Assembly: GCA_964540765.1 (NCBI GenBank)
Contig: CAZINW010000019.1
Coordinates: 1 to 19,489 of the forward strand
DNA from: an uncultured Anaerolineaceae bacterium
GTDB taxonomy: Bacteria > Chloroflexota > Anaerolineae > Anaerolineales > Anaerolineaceae
Length of the DNA stretch: 19,489 nucleotides
Direction of reading: 5' to 3'
The translations under genes and the position numbers were made by a program. The notes beneath the pieces were generated by a model. The model saw only the letters and a program-made list of their open reading frames with translations. It was not told the origin of the DNA and searched no databases. Every line of letters starts with the position of its first letter. Within the stretch, counting starts at the first letter, position 1. Below, piece by piece: positions 13,394 to 19,489 of this stretch.

Positions 13394-15208
13394 TTATTCA
13401 CCAACGGGCTGCAAGTTGATCAGGGTCTTCACCCCACCCAACTGCCAGTAGCCTGACCAGGAGGTGGGCAGTGTGGGTGATTCAGAGTCAACCGTTGGCC
13501 AATTGGTCCAGACAGCATCGCTGAACTGTGCCCACAAGCCGTTGTACCACAGTGGGATCATCGGCACGTCGGTAAGCATTATCTGCTCAATTTCGGAGCA
13601 GGCAGCTTGCATCCCTTCGACATCAGACGAAGGGATTTTAGCAAGAGCATCAACTTTGTCAAAAATTTCTTGATTTTCATAGCGACCGAAGTTGCCAGAC
13701 TGTTCTGCTTCACCGACTGCGGTAAGGGGATGTTTGAAGAGCAGGTTGAAGAGTGTCCAAGGGGTGTTGCTCATGGATGCCCAGTTGTTGAGGGTCATGT
13801 TGAACGTGCCATTTTGTAGCCCGTCATTCCAGGCGCCGTAATCAATTGGGAGTGCCTGAACATTGATCCCCGCTGCCTGGGCGCTCTTGGCGATGACGTT
13901 GATGGCTTCCATCCAGTCAGTCCAACCAGTTGGGCAGGTCACTTCGAGTTCGATCGCTGTGCCGTCAGACATCGTGTAGAAACCGTCAGCGCCCTTGATA
14001 TAGCCGGCTTCGATCAGAATGGCTTCAGCCTGGGCAGGGTCATATTTCCATCCAGTGCTCTCAACCAGGTCCTTGTCAACATAAGCATCAAGGTTAGGCA
14101 GCAAACCAGTGGGGCTGGCAGCCTTGACCAGGCTGGCGTAGGCTACATTCACAATCTCTTCGGTGTTAATGGAGTAAGCCAGAGCCTTGCGGAAAGCAGG
14201 ATCATCCATGGGTTTAATGGTATTGTTCAGGAACAATACTGCCGTGTTGGCAGAAAGCATGTAAGGGGCTTCAGGATAGTAGGTCTTGACGTAACCCTTC
14301 TTTGCCAGTTCAGCCACGCCGGGCAGGAAGTTGTTGCTCAGGTCCATCTCGCCCTTGATCACCATCCCCAGGGCAATATTGTTGCTCGAGGTACGGATAT
14401 CCACAATATACTTGGGGGCCGGGGTACCGAACACATCGATGCCCCACCAAGCCTCATTACGCTTCCAAACGTTGCGATCTTCGCTGTGGGTCTCGTACAG
14501 ATAAGCACCAGATCCGATCGGTTTTTCATTGGCGCCAACGGTGATCTCCTCTTCCGTGCGACCTTCCCATAGGTGCTTTGGCACAATCGGAATGTTATAG
14601 AGATTGTTTTCAAATTCCTGGTAGAGAGGATCGGTGAAGGTGAGTTTGAGATTCAGGTCGTCAACTGCTTCGATGGAAGTGAGATATGTCCACATTTTCA
14701 CGAACCACATGGGATAATTCTTACCAAGCTCAAAGGTATAGACTACGTCCGCGGCTGTCAGGGGTTCCCCGTCTGACCACGTGAGTCCTTCACGAAGTTT
14801 GATTTCGTAGGTGGTGTCATCCGCCCAGGCGCCACTTTCAGCCAACCATCCTTCCATTGTGCCGGAGAGGGGATCATACGAAAAGAGAGTCTCGTAAACA
14901 TAACCCAGGGTACCGGTCGTATTGGCAAGGCTGCCGGGTTGGAAGGGGTTCCATGTGGAAGGCGGCCCCCAAGCGGCACCACTGATATACAGGGTTTCAT
15001 TCCGTTCGTACACTAAAGCGGGCTCTTCCACAGGTGCCTCAGTCGGTTCTTCAACAACAGGTGCTTCTGTCGGCTCCTCGACCACTGGTTCCTCGGTTGG
15101 CTCCTCAATAGGTGGCTCTTCAACCGGGGTTTCTGTAGCAGGCTGGCAGGCTGTCATCAGCATACTTAGCACTACCACGATGGCAAATATCCATTTTACT
15201 GTTTTCAT
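13394..15208 (-). CDS. ABC transporter substrate-binding protein, family 5 (Opp/Dpp/Nik-type), lipoprotein with a Pro/Glu-rich tether
   Basis: ATG is preceded by AGGAGA with a 7-nt spacer. A signal peptide with the lipobox-like LMTAC is followed by an (EEPTEAPVV)n linker and then family-5 SBP blocks (WSDGEPLTAADVVYTFEL). Confidence 0.9.
   Translation of the reverse strand: MKTVKWIFAIVVVLSMLMTACQPATETPVEEPPIEEPTEEPVVEEPTEAPVVEEPTEAPVEEPALVYERNETLYISGAAWGPPSTWNPFQPGSLANTTGTLGYVYETLFSYDPLSGTMEGWLAESGAWADDTTYEIKLREGLTWSDGEPLTAADVVYTFELGKNYPMWFVKMWTYLTSIEAVDDLNLKLTFTDPLYQEFENNLYNIPIVPKHLWEGRTEEEITVGANEKPIGSGAYLYETHSEDRNVWKRNEAWWGIDVFGTPAPKYIVDIRTSSNNIALGMVIKGEMDLSNNFLPGVAELAKKGYVKTYYPEAPYMLSANTAVLFLNNTIKPMDDPAFRKALAYSINTEEIVNVAYASLVKAASPTGLLPNLDAYVDKDLVESTGWKYDPAQAEAILIEAGYIKGADGFYTMSDGTAIELEVTCPTGWTDWMEAINVIAKSAQAAGINVQALPIDYGAWNDGLQNGTFNMTLNNWASMSNTPWTLFNLLFKHPLTAVGEAEQSGNFGRYENQEIFDKVDALAKIPSSDVEGMQAACSEIEQIMLTDVPMIPLWYNGLWAQFSDAVWTNWPTVDSESPTLPTSWSGYWQLGGVKTLINLQPVGE
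15020..15145 (-). repeat. Imperfect tandem repeat of about 27 nt (9 codons), encoding the Pro/Glu-rich linker of the substrate-binding protein
   Basis: The linker reads PVEEPPIEEPTEEPVVEEPTEAPVVEEPTEAPVEEP. The DNA period is visible as repeated ggctcctcgaccactggttcctcggtt-like units. Confidence 0.6.
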
Positions 15209-15325
15209 CTTAATTCTCCTTTTTTTTATTATTGTTGGTTAAATACTTCTTTTGATTTTCATATTCAGGTTTCTTTCTCAAATGCTATCCTCCTTTCATA
15301 GCTTGATTAACAAGCTAGATAACAA

Positions 15326-15339
15326 TGGGAGCGCTCCCA
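15326..15339. promoter_or_regulatory. LacI-family operator (perfect 14-bp palindrome TGGGAGCGCTCCCA) upstream of the ABC importer operon
   Basis: It fits the LacI/GalR consensus TGNNANCGNTNNCA at every constrained position. It lies 118 nt upstream of the substrate-binding-protein start codon, and an identical copy is at 16447-16460. Confidence 0.6.
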
Positions 15340-15359
15340 CTCCATGGCAAATTAAATGC

Positions 15360-16406
15360 TTATTTTTTCATTTCTTCGCCATTAGTGAGAGGCTTGCACC
15401 CACATGAGCCACGGATAACCAGCTCGGTCTCCATGATTTCTTGATGAATTTCATGGGAGTTACTTTTGATCATGTCAGTCAGGATCTTTACCGCCTGAGC
15501 ACCAAAACGCACTACGGGTTGTCGGATTGTGGTCAGGTGCAACTCAATCACCGCAGGTAAAGGCAGATCATCAAAGCCAATAAAAGCGATATCCTGTGGC
15601 ACAGACATGCCAGCATCCCGCACAGCTTGCATTGCACCGATTGCCATCACATCCGAAGCTGCAAAGACAGCATCCGGCCGATAGGGCAACAAGGTCTGCA
15701 TGCTGGTATAACCACCGGCTTCAGTAAAATTTGATTCGACGATCAGGAGCTCGTCCACGTCCATCCCGGCTGAACGCAATGCTTGGCGGTAGCCTTCGAG
15801 CCGATCCAAACCGACAGCACTCTCCAGGGGACCGGTGATGGTAGCAATACGCTTGCGATTGTGTGAAATGAGGTGTCTAACCGCTTTTTCAGCGGCAGCG
15901 ACATTGTCAATATCGATATAACTGATCTGCTTTTCATAGAGGGGTCTGCCGGCAACAATCACAGGGAGATTTGTACCCATAAGATCATGTAGCAGGCTCT
16001 GATCAGCGTGATGTCCTGATTGGACGATGATCCCATCAAAAAGACCTTTGCGTGAAACGCGTGGGAAAAGTTTATCCTGATCCGCTTTGCTCCCAGCCAG
16101 GTATAAGGCAAGAGTATAGTCATATTGATTGCATGCCTGAGCAACGCCCTTGATAAGATGGGGATAATAGGGGTCGGTAAAGAAAACGCTGACGCTATGG
16201 GGAAGCACCAGACCAATTGTGTTGGAGCGTTGTGAAGCCAGGGTGCGTGCGGCTGCATTCGGAATGTACCCCGTGGCTTCGATTACAGCCATCACACGCT
16301 CTCTGGCATATTCGCTGACATTGGAATGCCCATTGACCACTCTTGAGACGGTTGAGCGCGCAACACCTGCTTTTTCCGCAATATCCTCCAAACGCAAAGC
16401 AGACAA
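15360..16406 (-). CDS. LacI-family transcriptional repressor
   Basis: The N-terminal HTH is EDIAEKAGVARSTVSRVVNG, followed by a periplasmic-binding-protein-like sugar-binding domain. I chose TTG 16406, which follows GGAGGA with a 4-5-nt spacer. The ORF track uses GTG 16418. Confidence 0.85.
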   Translation of the reverse strand: MSALRLEDIAEKAGVARSTVSRVVNGHSNVSEYARERVMAVIEATGYIPNAAARTLASQRSNTIGLVLPHSVSVFFTDPYYPHLIKGVAQACNQYDYTLALYLAGSKADQDKLFPRVSRKGLFDGIIVQSGHHADQSLLHDLMGTNLPVIVAGRPLYEKQISYIDIDNVAAAEKAVRHLISHNRKRIATITGPLESAVGLDRLEGYRQALRSAGMDVDELLIVESNFTEAGGYTSMQTLLPYRPDAVFAASDVMAIGAMQAVRDAGMSVPQDIAFIGFDDLPLPAVIELHLTTIRQPVVRFGAQAVKILTDMIKSNSHEIHQEIMETELVIRGSCGCKPLTNGEEMKK

Positions 16407-16446
16407 ACAATCCTCCACACATGAAGCGCCAATCAGGATATGTTTA

Positions 16447-16460
16447 TGGGAGCGCTCCCA
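16447..16460. promoter_or_regulatory. LacI-family operator (identical 14-bp palindrome TGGGAGCGCTCCCA) in the lacI-family gene's own promoter
   Basis: It is an exact duplicate of the 15326-15339 site. It sits about 10 nt downstream of the -10 element of the promoter at 16471-16498 and about 40 nt upstream of the repressor start codon. Confidence 0.65.
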
Positions 16461-16470
16461 TGCACTATTT

Positions 16471-16498
16471 ATTATATAGCAATTTATTAATCTGTCAA
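16471..16498 (-). promoter_or_regulatory. Near-consensus sigma70 promoter of the LacI-family gene
   Basis: On the minus strand the sequence reads TTGACA (16498..16493), a 16-nt spacer, then TATAAT within TATATAAT (16476..16471). About 10 nt later comes the operator. Confidence 0.5.
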
Positions 16499-16502
16499 CC
16501 TT

Positions 16503-16907
16503 TTAATTTGGACTTTTTAATGAGGAGAAGTGATCCAGTTCCAATGCTTGCTTGATGTAATTACACAGAGCTTCAACATTGACATCCACTGGGTGCTTGA
16601 GTTTGACATGCCTGGAAACCCTGCCAATGCCCTGCAGTAAATCATATTTATCCTCAAACGAAGCGCCGCGTGAAAAAGCAAAAGTGATGTCTTTTCTGGT
16701 CGGGCTGATGAGCGCGATGATATGATTGACGCGGTAGGCAGGGATGCCATAACTGATAACTTCTTTCGCCTTGGGCGCGCATTCTTTCATCAGTGCCCAA
16801 ATGATTGCCACGACCGGATGGAACTCGGGCAAAATCTTCTCCCTGATGAATTCATCCGCGCTCATTTTTGACAGGTCGGTATTCCTGCAGTCGCTTGTGC
16901 AATTCAT
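16503..16907 (-). CDS. DUF1801 (YdhG/YdeI-like) domain protein
   Basis: The core EFIREKILPEFHPVVAIIWALMKECAPKAKEVISYGIPAYRVNHIIALISPTRKDITFAFSRG matches the DUF1801 pattern. The ATG at 16907 overlaps the mgsA stop (ATGA). An alternative start is ATG 16865 (MSADEF...). Confidence 0.55.
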   Translation of the reverse strand: MNCTSDCRNTDLSKMSADEFIREKILPEFHPVVAIIWALMKECAPKAKEVISYGIPAYRVNHIIALISPTRKDITFAFSRGASFEDKYDLLQGIGRVSRHVKLKHPVDVNVEALCNYIKQALELDHFSSLKSPN

Positions 16908-17431
16908 AATTGATCATTTGAGGCTGGCTGGTCTAATCCATCCTCAACAGTGTTGATGGGCCCTTCTTCGTTCAAAGATATTTTTCGATGACGATACTTG
17001 TCATAATCAGGCAGCAGGCGATCATATTCGCCATCCATGAGGGGGGACGAGATCATAAAATCTGCTGATGCCCGGTTACAGGCAATGGGAATATTCCAGA
17101 CGATCGCCATACGCAAGAGCGCTTTGACGTCAGGGTCATGCGGCATGGGTTCGAGCGGATCCCAAAAGAAGATCAGAAAATCAATTTCATTATCAGCGAT
17201 CTTGGCGCCAACCTGTTGATCACCTCCCAGTGGTCCGCTTTGGAGGTGGCAGATTTCAAGACCCAATTCGCGTTCAATCGTGGTGGCGGTGGTGCCGGTT
17301 GCATATAGTTTGTGACCAGCCAGGAGATAACGGTTATATTTTGCCCATTCGAGCAGGTCAAGTTTCTTGTTGTCATGGGCAATCAGCCCGATCTTTTTAT
17401 GAGGGCTCATGGCTATTCTTTGATGTGTCAT
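16904..17431 (-). CDS. mgsA: Methylglyoxal synthase
   Basis: The MgsA signature blocks KKIGLIAHDNKK, LYATGTTA, SGPLGGDQQVGA and IFFWDPLEPMPHDPDVKALLRMAIVWNIPIA are all present. The ATG at 17431 follows AGGA with an 8-9-nt spacer. Confidence 0.9.
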   Translation of the reverse strand: MTHQRIAMSPHKKIGLIAHDNKKLDLLEWAKYNRYLLAGHKLYATGTTATTIERELGLEICHLQSGPLGGDQQVGAKIADNEIDFLIFFWDPLEPMPHDPDVKALLRMAIVWNIPIACNRASADFMISSPLMDGEYDRLLPDYDKYRHRKISLNEEGPINTVEDGLDQPASNDQL

Positions 17432-17717
17432 AGTTTTTATCCTTTATTTAAAAGGTGAACGGATTAAATTGCTTTGTCTTTCAATAATGGACCGCGCCTT
17501 TTGGTGTATTGTGCCTTAACTTTTATGAAAGTGTAAAGGGGATTGGAAAACCACAAAGATCTGTGAGGTGCTGCTCAATGACAGACAGATGAAATCTGCC
17601 AGGTCAAACCGTTGGCCACTTTAATTCTTGTTATTATCGGATCATCATATAGAGATATTTAGTCAGTGTGACGAGCAATTCAATTCAGAGATTGCGGGGT
17701 ATGCTTGACTTACATGA

Positions 17718-18668
17718 TCAGAAAATCCAATAAACTTGGACTTGATAGTTGATTATCCACTGGATCAGGTAACCAAAGATGATGCCCATGAGCAGGCTTA
17801 ATAATGTGCCAAGTATGTAATATTCAGCAAAATCCTTATCTTCCAACTGCTTGAATCTGGCAATTGTCTTAAAAGTACCCAGCAAACCAAGCCCTACATA
17901 TAGTTCAAGACTCATAAAGATTGCGATCAAGATGCGCTCAAGGATACCAACATAAATGCCAAACCTGACCGTTTTATCTTCTCCTAAAATCTGTTTTTCG
18001 GAGACCAGACCGGGTTGCGTTTCATTGGTACCAGACCCTGTTGGCTTATTAATCTGTTGGGTCGATGGAACAGGATCTGATAATTCCTTCCTGGATGATT
18101 TTTCAGATAAAGGCACTTTAAAAGGCGCCAAAAATATACCAATTAATCTCCCACTGACAAAGGTAAGACATACACCGGCAATTGCTACCATGATGGTTTT
18201 ATCGGTCAGTGTCAACCGAATCTCTTGATTGGCCAGAGAAAGGATGTATGGAATGATCAAACCTGGCCCTATTACTGCTTTAAACCCCAAAGTAATGAAA
18301 TAAATCAAGAGTATGTGAAAGGCTTGATCCATTAGGAATAGTCCAATACGTTCCAAGTCTTTTTTTTTCTTTTTTTGTGTTTCTGCTTTTTGGATTATTT
18401 TTTGAAGGTGCAGTTTCAACAGGTCAACAAAATAGTGGGAGAAGGTAACAAGAAGAGCGAGAAAGAACGTGGTAACGTTTACTTCTCCAAAGACAAGCAA
18501 AACAAACAGGGAGGTCACCAGGAGATGAAGGCAGTGTTTCAGGTTGCTTCTATTGATAAGAACGCGACCCCTGGCATTTTCAGACTTTTGGTTAACGAGC
18601 GAATCCGACTGAAACACAAAATCCGCAAGAAGGTGGGCTAAAAAGAGCAAAGCAAAAATCTTCATCAT
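17718..18668 (-). CDS. DUF3307-domain membrane protein with a long C-terminal membrane extension, 316 aa
   Basis: The N-terminal LAHLLADFVFQ and later SHYFVDLLK (H..D) are DUF3307 hallmarks within the first ~95 aa. A KKKKKK linker follows, then about 215 aa carrying several further TM helices. The start is ATGATG, which overlaps the SatD stop (ATGA). Confidence 0.7.
   Translation of the reverse strand: MMKIFALLFLAHLLADFVFQSDSLVNQKSENARGRVLINRSNLKHCLHLLVTSLFVLLVFGEVNVTTFFLALLVTFSHYFVDLLKLHLQKIIQKAETQKKKKKDLERIGLFLMDQAFHILLIYFITLGFKAVIGPGLIIPYILSLANQEIRLTLTDKTIMVAIAGVCLTFVSGRLIGIFLAPFKVPLSEKSSRKELSDPVPSTQQINKPTGSGTNETQPGLVSEKQILGEDKTVRFGIYVGILERILIAIFMSLELYVGLGLLGTFKTIARFKQLEDKDFAEYYILGTLLSLLMGIIFGYLIQWIINYQVQVYWIF
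18360..18376 (-). repeat. Homopolymer tract inside the coding sequence (T9-C-T7 on the + strand, A7-G-A9 on the coding strand)
   Basis: Read directly: c-ttttttttt-c-ttttttt-g. It encodes the poly-Lys linker QKKKKKKD at the junction between the DUF3307 domain and the extension. Confidence 0.9.
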
Positions 18669-19420
18669 CGTGTTTTCTCGTTGAGCTGCTTTAACAGGTA
18701 AACAAACGAAGTTTCAGCCTCGCGTACAAGTTGGTAATCAGCACGCAGCATGAGTTTGCTGAAATTGGCAGAGGCATTTTCAGAGGGCATCTCAGCTTCA
18801 TTTGTTTTTGAAATATGCCAAAAAAGCCTGTCGTTATTCCAATTCGGATATTTTTCCTTCGTCTCGACGGCTAAGGCCTGATGTTTTGTACGTTTCATCA
18901 CGCGTGCCATAATGAGATACAAAAAATGCTCAACAGCCAGGTTAAGATCCTTATCTTCACTCACATGAATATTGAAACGGAACTTATATGTGCCAACACG
19001 TTTGAGAATATCGGATGGGGGCTTCATCTTTAACTCCTCAAGCGCTTGTGATGCCCGCCAAATTGCCTGACCATTAACCCGTTCAGCATCTTTGAACTGC
19101 TGAGATTCTAGCTCACCCGTCCCCAAGCCTACATACAGCGGAATATCCCATTCTCGCGAAAATGAATAAAGCGTTTTAAAGGCTAAGTACCCATCGGATT
19201 CACCCTTTAGTACAGCAAAGAGTTCATCCCCTGCACGGACAGTAAATGGCGTCAATACTGTCACCTGAAATTCTTTATTGAGTAGTGCAGCAATTTCAGG
19301 GAGCTCATTGGCTTTATCAGTTCTACGCGATCCGATGACATCAGCCCTGATACAAAAAGTTTGACCTAAATCCACATCCTTCTCCATAAGCATATCCCAC
19401 ACACTCTTACAACTTTTCAT
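18665..19420 (-). CDS. SatD-family protein, 251 aa
   Basis: ADVIGSRR ... TVRAGDELFAVL ... YVGLGTGE match the SatD family's D-[IV]-[IV]-G-S-R / GDE[FL] / GLG.G blocks, as I recall them. The protein is encoded immediately upstream of the DUF3307 gene and is translationally coupled to it, the usual pairing. The ATG at 19420 has only a poorly spaced Shine-Dalgarno (GAGGA, 2 nt), so an internal Met (MLMEK or MEKDVD) could be the true start. Confidence 0.65.
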   Translation of the reverse strand: MKSCKSVWDMLMEKDVDLGQTFCIRADVIGSRRTDKANELPEIAALLNKEFQVTVLTPFTVRAGDELFAVLKGESDGYLAFKTLYSFSREWDIPLYVGLGTGELESQQFKDAERVNGQAIWRASQALEELKMKPPSDILKRVGTYKFRFNIHVSEDKDLNLAVEHFLYLIMARVMKRTKHQALAVETKEKYPNWNNDRLFWHISKTNEAEMPSENASANFSKLMLRADYQLVREAETSFVYLLKQLNEKTR

Positions 19421-19437
19421 GATCCTCTATACCCTAT

Positions 19438-19489
19438 AATACTGGATTTTCGGGTAGTTTGTCAAGAATACTGGAAATTCAGGTAGTTT
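19438..19489. repeat. Two 23-nt direct repeats with a 29-nt period upstream of the SatD operon, cut by the window edge
   Basis: AATACTGGATTTTCGGGTAGTTT (19438-19460) and AATACTGGAAATTCAGGTAGTTT (19467-19489) match at 20 of 23 positions. Confidence 0.5.

Noticed and set aside
15020-15145. Short tandem repeats considered as a possible CRISPR or minisatellite
   Set aside because: The repeats lie in frame inside the substrate-binding-protein gene and encode a Pro/Glu linker. They have no spacer-repeat architecture.

Overview
This 19.5-kb window is gene-dense bacterial chromosomal DNA of about 50% GC, and most genes start behind clear AAGGAG-type Shine-Dalgarno sites. I see no rRNA or tRNA genes, CRISPR arrays or mobile elements.

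Genes, reading 5' to 3':
- A possible C-terminal fragment of a + strand gene at the left edge (3..134).
- A minus-strand MGMT-fold alkyltransferase-like (ATL) gene in which the catalytic PCHR motif reads PWWR.
- A large + strand flotillin/SPFH membrane-scaffold gene, closed by a strong rho-independent terminator.
- An orphan cysteine-rich ORF of unknown function.
- A minus-strand block made of a glycine/arginine-rich RRM RNA-binding protein, a small 4-TM membrane protein, an ANT(2'')-Ia-family nucleotidyltransferase directly downstream of a fused TMD-NBD ABC exporter, and a HigA-2-like HTH antitoxin. Just upstream of the antitoxin is a remnant of its HigB-2-like toxin partner, not a complete gene.
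- A + strand GH130 glycoside phosphorylase that converges on a five-gene minus-strand Opp/Dpp-type ABC importer. The importer comprises a family-5 lipoprotein solute-binding protein with a Pro/Glu-repeat tether, two permeases and two ATPases. A LacI-family repressor gene lies upstream of it.
- A DUF1801 gene, methylglyoxal synthase (mgsA), and a SatD-family/DUF3307 gene pair.

Findings I rank highest:
- A perfect 14-bp LacI-type palindromic operator, TGGGAGCGCTCCCA, occurs twice. One copy sits in the lacI-family gene's own near-consensus promoter and one lies upstream of the transporter operon. This points to an autoregulated, Opp-type oligosaccharide (probably beta-mannoside) uptake and phosphorolysis locus.
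- The SatD/DUF3307 pair has an atypical arrangement. The DUF3307 domain is fused to a roughly 215-aa extra membrane region, and the junction lies at a poly-lysine stretch encoded by an A7GA9 homopolymer tract that is prone to slippage.
- The HigA-like antitoxin is orphaned. Its toxin partner survives only as about a 30-codon C-terminal remnant that keeps the ATGA stop/start overlap.
- The ABC exporter carries a Glu-rich insertion of about 35-40 aa inside the beta-hairpin of its nucleotide-binding domain.
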